DNA of 63,715 nucleotides, filler included, from Octopus bimaculoides (lineage: Eukaryota): assembly GCF_001194135.2 (NCBI RefSeq). It is 5 parts of 4 records of this genome, joined end to end, with 100 filler letters (N's around TTAATTAATTAA, not from the genome) between each part and the next. Parts side by side here need not be neighbours in the genome. Positions count along the whole stretch, not along the records: positions 15,738 to 38,177 come from NC_068982.1; 4 more parts are not named here. One strand, written 5' to 3'. Positions 24,673-37,798 of the stretch are shown one piece after another. Position 1 is the first letter of the stretch. Every line of letters begins with the position of its first letter. Made by a program: the position numbers and the translations under genes. The notes below the pieces were generated by a model that saw nothing but the letters and a program-made list of their open reading frames with translations, was not told where the DNA came from and searched no databases.

Positions 24673-25058
24673 NNNNNNNNNNNNNNNNNNNNNNNNNNNN
24701 NNNNNNNNNNNNNNNNNNNNNNNNNNNNNNNNNNNNNNNNNNNNNNNNNNNNNNNNNNNNNNNNNNNNNNNNNNNNNNNNNNNNNNNNNNNNNNNNNNNN
24801 NNNNNNNNNNNNNNNNNNNNNNNNNNNNNNNNNNNNNNNNNNNNNNNNNNNNNNACGGGGACGTAAACACACCAGCATCGGTTGTCAAGCGATGTTGGGG
24901 GGACCAAACACAGACACACAAACATACACACACACACACATATATACGACAGGCTTCTTTCAGTTTCCGTCTACCAAATCCACTCACAAGGCTTTGGTTG
25001 GCCCGAGGCTATAGTAGAAGTCCCACGATATATATATATATATATATATAGGTATATG

Positions 25059-25094
<36 letters not shown>

Positions 25095-25599
25095 TATAAT
25101 TTCAGTATTTTTGAGCTCGTTTTCCTTTCTATAATAATGTTTTCCTGGATTTCGTATGGAGAGTTGACTGAGGTATACGGCTGGATTTCCTTAATCTCCA
25201 ACATTTTCTATTACACACACACACACACACACATTATTAAACGCGTACACAAACACATGTACACACACCCGCGCATCTTCGCCGGCTGTCAAACATTGAA
25301 CGTAACGTAACTATTGATTACCCTAGAGAAAGCAGCCAACTCAACGATCTCCCACTTGCTGACTGAATATACCCAACATATATTTTATTACGGCAGTGGG
25401 ATGGAATTTGAGGTAGATTCAGCTGCTATTTCTTGCCAAGTTGATCAACCTGGTAGAAACTCTTTCGCTAGTTTCACCTTTCACTTATTTGATCTATGTT
25501 CGCTGACAGTAACACAGATAGAAATGTCAGTGGTTCCACCGATGTTGGTGCTACTTTAGCGTCCGGTCTACCGCGGTATCCTATTTTAGCGTTTGTGTT

Positions 25600-26170
25600 A
25601 CAAACGGGACTAGTATGCTTATATTCTTATATCTCAATAAAATCCAGATTTTAAAGAAGAATAACAGCAGCTATGTCGTTTGGGAGTTAGATCCTGCTAT
25701 ATGGAGCGGAAATGCGGCCGACAAAACCAGCTATCATCTAGAGATAAACAGATCTCTTAAAAAAGAAAAACGAAAATACTGCAAAATTTGCTCTTCAGAT
25801 ATTATCAGCAATCCCAACAACCATTGGCTGAGTAAAATAACAACTTCCTGCTGGAGAGGAAATCAAAGAAAGAAGATTGACAAGTATTGGACATACCCAA
25901 AGAAAATCTGCCACGATGCTACCAGACGAACGACAGAACTTCATGTGTTGGTACCTTCAGGGCAAAGGGAGAAGAGGAAAGTAGTAAAAGCATCTGGTTA
26001 CGTGCGTGACTTTGAAACAAATAAATAACAGGGCGGATTGATAACTTTGGTACTGAGAGTCAAGAGAGGATGACCCCGAAATCGAAAATTGTAACGTACA
26101 GCTGAGGATAATAAGCATTACATTAGCTACGGGGTGATAAACATGATGATGATGATGACGACGATGATGA
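25600..26170 (+). mobile_element. Decayed RTE-like LINE 3' end
   Basis: ILLYGAE motif at about 25690, followed by decayed C-terminal sequence and a (GAT)n tail. Confidence 0.6.
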
Positions 26171-26522
26171 TGTTATTGATCTTAAATAGGAATGAATGTG
26201 TGTGTGTGCGTATGTATTGTAGACATAATATGAAACATGCGTATATACTATAGCGATATGAAAAAGAGAGGGAAAAACAAAGAGAGAGAGAGAGAGAGGT
26301 AGGAAGAGAGAAATATAAAGGAAGAAAGAGAAAGAGAGAGATGTTTATGAGTGTGTTTATATATGTGTGTACATAGACTTTGGTTCAGATAACGTAAAAG
26401 ATGACCCAATATCGAAAGATATAGCGTGTGTGAATGCGTGCGCGCGTGCGCGAGTGAATGTGTTATACATACAGACATACTGACACACGCGTACGCGCAC
26501 ATATTCATATTATGAATGTGTG

Positions 26523-26554
<32 letters not shown>

Positions 26555-27070
26555 TACGTACATATATATATAGGCGCAGGCGTGGCATATAGGCGCAGAT
26601 GTGGCTGTGTGGTAAGAAGCTTTCCAACGACATGGTTCCAGGTTCAGTTCCACTGCATGCCACCTTGGACATGTGGCTTTTACTATAGCCTCGGGCTGAC
26701 CAAAGCCTTGTGAGCGGATTTGGTAGACGGAAATTGAAAGAAGCCCATTGTATATATATATATATATATATATNNNNNNNNNNNNNNNNNNNNNNNNNNN
26801 NNNNNNNNNNNNNNNNNNNNNNNNNNNNNNNNNNNNNNNNNNNNNNNNNNNNNNNNNNNNNNNNNNNNNNNNNNNNNNNNNNNNNNNNNNNNNNNNNNNN
26901 NNNNNNNNNNNNNNNNNNNNNNNNNNNNNNNNNNNNNNNNNNNNNNNNNNNNNNNNNNNNNNNNNNNNNNNNNNNNNNNNNNNNNNNNNNNNNNNNNNNN
27001 NNNNNNNNNNNNNNNNNNNNNNNNNNNNNNNNNNNNNNNNNNNNTGTGTGTGTGTGTGTGTGTATATCTA

Positions 27071-27527
27071 CAGAGTGCGTAAGGTATTTGAGGACATACC
27101 TTTTTGGGGTCATGGCAGCAGTTTTTGCTAACTCTGCATTATCTTTTGTTTCAGAAAGTAAAAATGGCCGGCCCTCAGCTTACTCAAGAAGTGAAGAGGC
27201 ATGCTGTTATTGTGATTATAAAGGCTGAGCATAGCGATTTAGAAATATCTTGATTTTTAAAAGTTGCCAGTTCTTTCTTCTACAAACTTTGTAAGGAGTC
27301 AGAGACTGAAGATGGAAACGTATCACCAGTAACAAAGCATAAAAAAAGCATTCTAAACGCTCTGAAATCACCAGAACACCCGAATTTATCCAGCAATTTA
27401 TAACAGACCATTGATTGCAATCCCAGAAAGTCATGAGGTCAATTGCAAAATATCTCCATGTGTCAGAAGGAACGGTTAGAAATGTTCTCCACGAAGACAT
27501 CAGATGTAAGTCTTATATGATGAGCCT
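27071..27527 (+). mobile_element. Tc1/mariner (maT-like) 5' half: TIR and decayed HTH region
   Basis: TA|CAGAGTG end; ATG at 27164 (MAGPQLTQEVKRHAVIV...), then SIAKYLHVSEGTVRNVLHEDI. Confidence 0.75.
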
Positions 27528-28113
27528 TTTGTGAATGCGGTCTTGGGAAACTGTGTGTGTTGCAGCTGTACACTCCCGGCTGTGAGTACAAAACTCCATC
27601 GTGGGTCGTACCCAGTGTCAGATTAACCATTAAGCAAAACCAGCACGTGCTTTGGGCACTAAAGAAAGAGGCGGGGTGAAAGTGGGAGGGGGCACTACAG
27701 AAATGGTGAATGGTTTACGGCCAAAAGAAAATAACTTTAAAATGGCGAAAATAATATTCGAGATGCCTCATCTCTGTTAAGTATCGAAGCAAATATGTTA
27801 CGTAAGGTTGATTTTGAGGATCTTATCAAGTACTTTGCAATTAAAAGAAAATTTGGAGAAGACATTTTAAATATAAAGTGGAAGTATACAAATATAAACA
27901 TTATCTTAATGTTTACAGCTTTGTTTCATTTTGAAAAATAAAAATTTATTTTATGGTATATTATTGTTTATATTTGGGATCACATACCAATATCTTTTAA
28001 GTGCTTAGGGTTTCAATGGCGGTACTCGAGCTTTGTAGAGTGTCAATAATAATTTTCTAAATCATTCAACACGAGCTGGAATCGTTCTGTTTATTTTTGG
28101 GAGTTGTTTCACA

Positions 28114-28281
28114 GGCGCAGGAGTGGCTGTGTGGTAAGTAGCTTGCTTACCAACCACATGGTCCCGGGTTCAGTCCCACTGCATGGCACCTTGGGCAAGT
28201 GTCTTCTACTATAGCCTCGGGCCGACCAAAGCCTTGTGAGTGGATTTGGTAGACGGAAACTGGAAGAAGCCCGTCGTATAT

Positions 28282-28319
<38 letters not shown>

Positions 28320-28521
28320 TTGTGCGTTTGTTTGTCCCCCCAGCATCGCTTGACAACCGATGCTGGTGTGTTTACATCCCCGTAACATGGTGGTTCGGCA
28401 AAAGAGACTGATAGAATAAGTACTAGGCTTACAAAGAATAAGCTCTGGGGTCGATTTGCTCGACTATAAAAGCGGTGCTCCAGCATGGCCACAGTCAAAT
28501 GACTGAAACAAGTAAAAGAGT
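28114..28521 (+). mobile_element. Full-length tRNA-derived SINE with an internal (TA)n/(TG)n microsatellite
   Basis: A-box TGGCTGTGTGG, B-box GGTTCAGTCCC and a GAGTAAAA tail. Partial copies at about 3400-3745, 11243-11410, 24856-25020, 26572-26750, 30640-30990, 49360-49600 and 58610-58740. Confidence 0.88.
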
Positions 28522-28831
28522 TGCAGGGAATTGGTTATACACCATTAGGTGTATACCCGATTCCGTACATTAAATTCAAAAGAAACAACGAAACGCAGAA
28601 CTCCGAACTATCAACACAACAATATTTATTTATGGAGGAAAATAGGCAGCTTTAATCTTGGTTGCTGAGACGCCGAAATGTTGTTGTGAGCTGTCCTCAG
28701 AGTTGGAATGTTGGAGAGACAGCTTGACATGACCACGCTCATGGCCGGCCGGCCGGGAAAAGAGAAAGAATCAGGGCGCCAAACTTGGATATTGATGACT
28801 ACGCATGCGCACAAGACAAGGCGTTACTACA
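28522..28831 (-). mobile_element. Solo LTR related to the 62-63 kb element
   Basis: TGTAG...CTGCA termini and a 4-bp TSD GAGT. The central region aligns by eye to 63230-63450. Confidence 0.88.
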
Positions 28832-28953
28832 GAGTAAAAGAGAGTAATAATGCTAAATGAAATAGTTTTCTATATTTGATGAAGGGCCCTGCCTGAATAA
28901 TCATATCTTTCCTCTTCCCCAGCAAAGAAATATCTAAAAAAAGCCTTCGCATT

Positions 28954-29260
28954 TCACTTCATGGTCTCACCAGACAAACTAGAAAAGGCGTTGCCCTGGA
29001 AGATGGTGATGGAGATTTCCTGAAACAGCCAGTCTGACTTACGGAAAGCCAACTCGGCCCCGATAGCAGTGAGCATGGATGTAACCTGTAGGCCAAGAAC
29101 GTTCGAGGTCTCCACAGCTACAGGCCCGACCACAAACCTATAAAATAACGGCCGATATTTTGACAGTTTGCCCTTCTCAGTCTGATGAACAGCGGAGCCT
29201 GGGCTGGTAGCTTGTTGAGTATCTTCTGGTTCTGAAGCAAACGGCCAGTTGTTGTGATGC
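28954..29260 (-). mobile_element. CRE-clade non-LTR retrotransposon C-terminal (restriction-like endonuclease region) fragment
   Basis: SPGSAVHQTEKGKLSKY...PVAVETSNVLG...WLFQEISITIFQGNA resembles the recalled CRE C-terminal consensus AA..AE..K..KY...P.AVETLG.WG...QRISIAIQRGNA. Confidence 0.72.
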
Positions 29261-29433
29261 GATTCTAACGATGCTAAGAATATGCTTTCGATAGCAGACA
29301 TCCTCGGTTATTCTTTTACTTATTTCAGTCATTTGACTGCGGCCATGCTGCAGCACCACCTTAATATATTGACTTCCAGCATTTGGAACAATTGTGAGGG
29401 CTATAGCTGAGTGCTGATCCTTACTAAAGGGAG

Positions 29434-29840
29434 TGTGGGGCAGTAACTTGCGAGGTGTGTGTGTGTGTGTTTGCGCGCGCGCATGAGACGATGGGGCAAG
29501 CCACTCTGGGTGACGTTTTTACGGGGGTTCCACTTTTGGGTCAGATGTATAAGTTTAGGGGCCCGGTGCGAGGAACAACAAACTGAAAGGCTGCCCCGGA
29601 CGCGAATTTTTTTTACCACGAGAGTTCCTGACCCTAGTAATGAACTCATTTGCCCACAGCCAATCAGAGCTCACTTCAACCTTGTTGTCAATTTAATAAA
29701 CATCTCTACCAAGTAAACTCAAGACGAAGAACGGTGTTGTAAGTCGACCGATCGCCAAGTTATTTCTGATTTTAGAAGGAGACAAGTAATTAGATAAATT
29801 TGTTTCTATACCTGTTATCGGATTTTGTTAGGGCCCCATA
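29434..29840 (+). mobile_element. LTR of a second family, preceded by a PPT-like tract
   Basis: Termini TGTGGGGC...GCCCCATA; AAAGGGAG at 29426-29433; internal AATAAA. Confidence 0.65.
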
Positions 29841-30038
29841 TGGTAAAGATGTGGATGGAAAAAATGTGGGTAGAAGGTGATGTCCTAGCAACCTTACTGT
29901 TTTACAAAGTAAACAACACAAATAACTACGCAGAGGCAACCATGGTTGAAACAAGAACAAGAACAACAAGCATTATTAAAAGAGAAAAGAAGCATGGTCA
30001 TTCCTTATCCAACTGACCTTATCTTATCGCCCATCACT

Positions 30039-30631
30039 TGTTATGCGCTCATAAATTATAGTTTGATAGTTGAGCTCTGATTGTCTGTATGCAAATGAGT
30101 TCCTAACTGGGGTCCGGAACTCTCGTAGGAGAAAAATTCGCGTCCCGGACGACTCGAGAGACTTCGTGGTTAGGCTGGACTGTTGAACTCGTAGACATAG
30201 TTGACGTAATGTTTGGTGGTGTGTAGAGGCAGCCCTTGATCTGTTGGTCGTGTTGTGTTCATACAGCAACAATGTAGGCAGGCGTCTGGTGGAGGTGAAA
30301 GTGGTGACTGGCTGATGTCAGATACATCGTTGTCAGAGATGAGTTGCGTGTGCCAAAGACCGAGAGCGGTCGAGAACCGTCGTTCTTTTAGAGATCAGTA
30401 GGCTTCTAGAACCGGTGATTAATTTCCCGCGTAAGTAAAAACGAACTGCTGCGCCAACACGATTGGACGGCTGGAAACCGACCAATACAAACAACAAGTT
30501 CGGCTAATCACAAGGTCATGTGACCTGTTGGAACGGAAAGGCCTCTGGAGCCGATATCCAGGTATTTAAGCCTAAACAACCGCGACGAAAACATCTCACA
30601 CATAATGACTGTATAAATCACTTCTGCTACA
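30039..30631 (-). mobile_element. LTR-like sequence related to 29434-29840
   Basis: TGTAGCAG...ATAACA termini; shares an approximately 80-bp block with 29595-29672. No TSD was seen. Confidence 0.5.
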
Positions 30632-31558
30632 CCTTTTATCTTTTATTTGAGTCAGTCATTAGACTGCGGCCATGCTGGGACATTGCCTTGAAGAATTTTA
30701 AAGCGAATGAATCGACCCCAATAGTTTCTTTCAAAGTCTGATACATATTCTGTCGGTCTCCTTTGCCGAACCGTTAAATTGTGGGGACGTAAAAACACCA
30801 ACAGCAGTTGTCACGCGGCGGTGGGGGACAAACATAGACAGAACCCCGCCGCTACGCACACAAATATACAACGGGTTTCCGTTAGTTTCCGGCTACCAAA
30901 TCCACTCTCAAGGTTTTGATCAGCCCGAGGCTATAGTAGAAGACTTTCGCCCAAGGTGCTATGCAGTGGAACTGAACCCTGAACCATGTCACTTATAAGT
31001 TTGCTTGATCTGAGCCGGCCTTGGGTTAAGTATTATCGACAACACCAGCAACCTTCTGCATAACGCTTCCATTTACCATCTCTTACATTGGCCAAATTTC
31101 TCTGCAGATCACATCTTATAGTCTTTAAAGAAATTGAATGAGATATTGATAAGACGGTTCTGATATACTACAATAATATAAAAAAAATAAGAAGAAAGAA
31201 AAACAAAAAATTACGACAGGATGTTCACTTCTTCGGAATGCCTTTGATCACACGTGATCGTAGATCTGTTCAATCAGGGCTGAGTTCGTCCTTCACACAT
31301 CTACTCTCCCTCTGCCTTTACCTCCTACTTCACCGTCTGCAAAGCTCCTCCACCTACTCTCAGTGAAGCTCTTCCACCTATCATACCTTCTCAGAAGTTC
31401 CGCAACTTAACTGCTTTACCCTCTATAAAGCTCCTCCTAGTACTCCCACTTTGCATCTCGTGTACCTCCAGCTCAATATCCTCCTACTATCTCCTCCTCC
31501 TCCTGCGCCTGTTACTATCCCTTCGCTATATAACTGCTCCTCTACCTAGTCCTTGATC

Positions 31559-31601
<43 letters not shown>

Positions 31602-32271
31602 CATCTATCTATCTGCATACCGCTCTTCCACCTCCTACATCACTCTCAACATATCCTCTCCTCTTCACCTAAAGCTTAATTCACTGCATGTCACCTCCAC
31701 CCACGTAGTCTCTATTTGTTTCACCTCCACCTAATACTCCTACGTTATTTGCTCCTCACACCTTCACTCCGAATATTTCCTCAGCTTAACTTTGTCTCCC
31801 ATTCAAGAGAAACTCCTTTTCACACCTATTTCATTTAATGTAGGAAACCGCCTACAGACTTCTTGCATTTTCTTTATGCTCATTTCCACTGCTCATCCAA
31901 TATGTGTGTTGCATGTGTGTTTATCTGCGTTGGATATGCACTTAAACGGTTTGTGTACGCGCATGCATATGTATGCGCATACTCACGTATGTGATGCGCG
32001 CGCGTATATGAAGCACACACGTACATATACACATACACATATGTATGTGTGTGTATGTATGTGTGATGCTTATATGTGTATATATCTATATTAATATAAA
32101 CATACCTATACATACATATGCACATACATATGTATATATACATGAATATATCTATATATATAGATGTATTATGTATGAGCATGCGTGTGTGCGTGTATTG
32201 AATGTACGCTAGTCGTGTATTGTGTATTCTGTCTTCAACAATGGATACTTCTGTTACCATCAACAGAATTT

Positions 32272-32307
<36 letters not shown>

Positions 32308-32849
32308 NNNNNNNNNNNNNNNNNNNNNNNNNNNNNNNNNNNNNNNNNNNNNNNNNNNNNNNNNNNNNNNNNNNNNNNNNNNNNNNNNNNNNNNNNNNNN
32401 NNNNNNNNNNNNNNNNNNNNNNNNNNNNNNNNNNNNNNNNNNNNNNNNNNNNNNNNNNNNNNNNNNNNNNNNNNNNNNNNNNNNNNNNNNNNNNNNNNNN
32501 NNNNNNNNNNNNNNNNNNNNNNNNNNNNNNNNNNNNNNNNNNNNNNNNNNNNNNNNNNNNNNNNNNNNNNNNNNNNNNNNNNNNNNNNNNNNNNNNNNNN
32601 NNNNNNNNNNNNNNNNNNNNNNNNNNNNNNNNNNNNNNNNNNNNNNNNNNNNNNNNNNNNNNNNNNNNNNNNNNNNNNNNNNNNNNNNNNNNNNNNNNNN
32701 NNNNNNNNNNNNNNNNNNNNNNNNNNNNNNNNNNNNNNNNNNNNNNNNNNNNNNNNNNNNNNNNNNNNNNNNNNNNNNNNNNNNNNNNNNNNNNNNNNNN
32801 NNNNNNNNNNNNNNNNATATATATATATATACATACATACATATGGTAC

Positions 32850-34068
32850 CCCCCCACCCCAATGTATACGAATTTTGTAATTCACCCAAACGTTTTTAAC
32901 GTGCATTTGATTTGAATTAAAGGCACAAGCTTCGTAAAAGATGGAAATTTATTTTGGAGTTCTGACGGAATTGCAAGAACGTAGTTGAAGTGCAAAGATG
33001 GTTTACAAGGGAGTTTCAAACAAATCCACCAAGGCGATTCACCATTCTTCATATCAGAGATAATTTTCAAACAAAGGGACTGCTCAACACCTCCATAAAG
33101 AGTGATCTAGAAAGATCATATTCGTTCATCACTCCTACACGAGAAGTAGGACTGTTGGAAAGTCGCCATCGATCTTCAAGAAAATCTGTTTGGCGAACAA
33201 CTCGTGAGACAGAAAACCTCAAACGAGGGTTCATCGTGTCTTGAAGCGCGTTCATTAGAAAAGCTTTATTCCAGCATTAATCCAGTCCCGACGATGAGTC
33301 CGACCGGAAGAGTCGAATTTTGAAGTTGTATTTTGTGAGTAGCACCGCGCAAAATGTGCAGAGGGCGCACGGTTTTCAAACAAGATTATCTGGAGTGATG
33401 AAGTCACAGTTAAGTTTTTAAAAAAGCACAATTAATCGCCACCGTTGCACTTACTGAGCATCTCGGAACCCGCATATTAGGGCTGAAACCCAGATAAACA
33501 TACTTAGCAAGGGTTACACTCTGGTGTAATCAGCGTTATCAGCATTGGGCATAGCTGGACCATTCCTTTTTCGAAAACACAACAACTGGTTCCATTCATC
33601 TCAACTTGTTACGCATTCAAGAACAATTTGAAGTTTTATTTCCGGCATGATGGGGTACCTCCCCACTTCCAAAATAATTTGAGGGCTAATTTTTATGAAG
33701 ATTTACTTAATAAATGGAACGGGCGAAGAGATAGTACTAAATTTCTCCCACGTTCACTAGACCTCATAGTTCTTGACTTTTTCTATGTAGATACGTCGAA
33801 GATAAGAGTTTAGCACAAAACCTGCAACAGTCAATGAGTTGAGGGCAGTGACTGAAAAAGAATGCATGCAAATACCAAATGAAATGATTCGCAATGTTTG
33901 TAATTCCATCCGTCTACTTCATCAGCAATGCCAGAATTAGAATAGCTATCATTAAAAGCAATAGTAATAATTCAAAAGATTCTGCCCTTGGATATTGACA
34001 TAGCTTAATAAAAATGTATTTACAATCATTCAAAGTGTGTGTATACTTTTTTAGGTCACCCTCTGTGT
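32850..34068 (+). mobile_element. Decayed Tc1/mariner transposon, rosa (DD41D)-like
   Basis: KIIWSDE, INRHRC, FRHDGVPPH and PRSLDL..LDFF motifs in broken frames. Right TIR ...GGTCACCCTCTGTGTA. Confidence 0.8.
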
Positions 34069-34629
34069 AATGTGTGTGTGTGTGTGTGTGTGCTCGCGCG
34101 TAGCTGGGTTGGGTGGGGGCGATACGAGCGGCACTTTTTGGTCTGTTGTAGGCAATATGTGTTTTCTGTGGGGTCCGGGGGCGGCAAACGGAAGGGTCGC
34201 CGCGGGCGGTACACACTCTAGCTACGCTAGTGTATGTTCCTGACAATCTTGTAACGCAAAATCCCGAAATGACGCGAAATTAATTTTTTCTCATTGATTT
34301 TCATGTTATAAAGTGAAAATCTGTTCCGTTGGGGTTTTTTTTTTGTTCGAAAAACAACTGTAACAAAACAACAATCAAACAACAACACGACCACTCTCAT
34401 GAATAAGAATAACAATTTCTAAACATACAAAATACAATTTGTATGTATATAATAAACATTTAAAGAGAAATACGTCAGGGAATAAATAAGAATCGTAATA
34501 TCGTAATAGAGCACGTTCTTACTACCAAAGATATTGACTTCTGTGTGAAGGATGGTAGCGGTGGTTGAAATACTCGGAGAACGAGTAATCTATCTTAGAG
34601 CTCCAGCTTGAGCGACGAAGGACTCATCA

Positions 34630-36300
34630 AAAACTGTTTGATGGTTATGTCTAATCATCTATTTGTACAGCTCAATTTAGGAACTGCTCATTGTAAACAA
34701 GGTTCGGCTTGTTATCAGCAAGAGCTTGCAGACGTTCTTAAAAAAATACCAACCCTTTACAAAATTATTTGCTGTCTATTTATGTGGAGTTGGTAGAATT
34801 CCTGTATTCTCATCTGTATTCACAACTCGCTTTTGTTGTATCAACATCAGCTCCTCGTTTGATAAATTCGGCTACATCATCCTCTATGACTTCTTCAAAT
34901 CTTACATCATTTGCAAGTGTCACGATATGTTTTCGAATTTGATGTAGACTTTCTGCTCGTGGAAAGCTTGTAAAGATTCGGATACAGTCTGATCACATAT
35001 TTTTTCTAGCACCAGTCAGAGTGGAAGGTGTCACATCATCTCATGACTCAGCAATGTTATCCACAGCATCCATTATGTTGAACTTCTTCCAGAAGTCTTT
35101 AACTGTAGGTTTACTCTGACTATCAACTGTTTTCATAAGTTGTTTGAGGGATCTTCTAGGAGCAAAGGATTTGCATTTTGGGGAATATAAATAAAACTGA
35201 CTCTCCGTCGGTTGCGACGACGAGCGTTCTAGTTGATCCGATCAACGGAACAATCTGCTCGTGAAATTAACGTACAAGTGGCTGAGCACTCCACTGATAT
35301 GTGTACCCTTAACGTAGTTCTCAGGGAGATTTAGTGTGACGCAGAATGGGACAAGACTGGCCCTTCGAATTACAGGTACTACTCATTTTTGCCATTTGAG
35401 TGAACTGGAGCAACGTGAAATAAAACATCCTGTTCAAGAACAAAACGCGCCGCCAGGAATCGAACTTACGAACTTACGGTCGTGAGCCGAATACACTAAG
35501 CCACGTGCATATTCTAATACTCATACAAGTTTGCTTGATGCGTTGTCTAAAAGGAGCCACACATTGTTCAAAATATTATCTGGCTCTGTTCCTTCTAACA
35601 GCAGGATCAAAAAGAATTTGTAAACCACTCTTCGAAAAAGCTCTTAGTCATCCATGCCTTTTTATTTCAGCACCAGGTAGATTAAACACTGCGTAACTCT
35701 TGAATGTCCTTACATTTTTGGATTGATACCTGTAGGGGTCTGATTTCATATCACCAGTGGCATTTTCTCCGAGAAGAATCGCCAGATGATTGATGGAAGC
35801 TTTAAATCTTGTGTCGATTTTTCTTCTTGAGAAATAAAAGCTGTAGCAAGCATGCACTTCCAGAAACGTGCAGTTTCATCAATATTGTATAGCTCGCAGA
35901 GTTCCCTCCAGCAACCGTTTTTATTATTTTCTTTATTTCAGCTGCTGAGGATGTTTAATAGTAATTTCTGTACCAGCACTGGCAGCTTCAGTCACTTTAT
36001 GCTGTGTAAATTCAAGAATCTCTTAAATAATTAAAACCATACTTAACTAGTCAGAAAAAAGCTTTTAATTATAAATTTCAACGTTCTTTTTCTGCAAATC
36101 TCCTTTTGGCATTTAAAAAAAAAATACCATCTACTTATCAACACACATTTTCCTTTACAACCAAGATCTCAACTGCTCCTCGTTAACGTTTTGCTTGGGT
36201 AAGAAAATGGGAACGGGAAGGGAAGTGCTGAACTCCAGTAGATTTGCTGGAAAATGAGTGTGAGCACAACCCCAAGTGAAAGAGCCCACTCTCAGCATGC
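34630..36300 (-). mobile_element. Decayed pogo/Tigger transposase, interrupted by a SINE at about 35200-35500
   Basis: FKAS..HLAILLGENATGDMK and TVKDFWKKFNIMDAV match Tigger DDE_1 motifs. Confidence 0.82.
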
Positions 36301-36552
36301 GCTTCTAAGATAGAGGACAAAGCTGGGCAGACGTTTTTGCTCTTGATAGTAAGAAGCAATCTAGGGTTTGTGGGGTTTCTAGTTAGCTGTTTTCCTACTT
36401 TATGTATCATTTCTTTTTCGTTTATATTGGTGGTTCTCAACCGAGGTCCATATAACCTTTTGAGGGCCACATAAGATTTTGTTGTTAAAGTTTACATACA
36501 ATAAATTGGTTATACTTCTACAATACACACAGCATTTTAACAATTTGTTTTA

Positions 36553-36749
36553 TGAGGGGGTGCCGAAAAGTTCCTGGATTTAAGGCAATCGCAAAATTCC
36601 TGGTCAGAGGCTCAACTTACCGAGTTCTTTTGCAGGGTTTAGAAAAACCGAAGGGCCGATGCAATAAGTGTGTGTCGAGTAAAATCATAATTAACTGATC
36701 CTCCTGAATTTTTTTAACCCAAATCCAGGAGTTATTCAGCACCCCTTCG
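36553..36749. mobile_element. Mariner-derived MITE, same family as 8205-8397
   Basis: Same TIRs and TA flanks. A lone right end of this family is at about 22827-22855. Confidence 0.8.
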
Positions 36750-37499
36750 TATATACAACTCCTAATAATATTTAATTATAAAAATAGAATAGGATTCTTT
36801 TTAAATATAGGCTTCAGTAAAGTAAAACAGAAATCAAAAGGGGTCCATCTTAATATAAATATGAGTGATGTTTCTCTATCCGTTACGTTTTTATGTTCGT
36901 TAACTTCCCCTAGACTGCTGGTGCAAGGACAATGAAACTCAAACCACAGCAACTCCCCTAATCCCAGGGAATGTCGTAAGGAGGTCTACTTTTTTTACGG
37001 GGCCGCCTAATTGGAGCCGCACTGACTCGCCTATTCTTACTGCATTTTAAACTAAATACATGGCATTGGCGAACAAATCGGAGCAATGACAATGAATTTC
37101 ATACCATGAACTCCCAGGGAATATCGTAAGGGGGTTCAATTTCTGAAGGGCCGCTTAAATGAGACCCCCACTGACTCCCTTATTTTTAGTGCATTTACCT
37201 CGCTCCTATGCTTCTTGATTGAACTATGATCAGCATCAGTATGTAACATATTTAGATATTTAGTTGCCATTTTTTACTGTCAGAGTTCAAGTCACTTTCG
37301 AAGTAGACTATAATTTTCATCCGTCCGGTGGTCGATAGAATAAATATCACCCAAGCACTGGAATCGATATAACTAACTGAATCCCCACGCAAACACGCAC
37401 AAAAAAACAAACAAAAAAACACACCCCCTAAAACCCCCAGAAAAAAAACAAAACAAAAAGGAATTTGTGCCAATATAAGAAATCACCACCACCACCACC

Positions 37500-37552
<53 letters not shown>

Positions 37553-37756
37553 TACACAAAATTGGTTGTTTTCATGGAAAAACCTGGTTATATTATTATA
37601 GAGCCCCTTAGTAAGCATATCTTTCTTAAGATATCTTTGCGCGCGCGCGCGTCTATGTATACATATATATATATACACACACACACACGATTTATATATG
37701 TATACACAATATATAGTGTGCTTGTGTGGATCTATCTATCTATCTATCTATCTATC

Positions 37757-37798
<42 letters not shown>

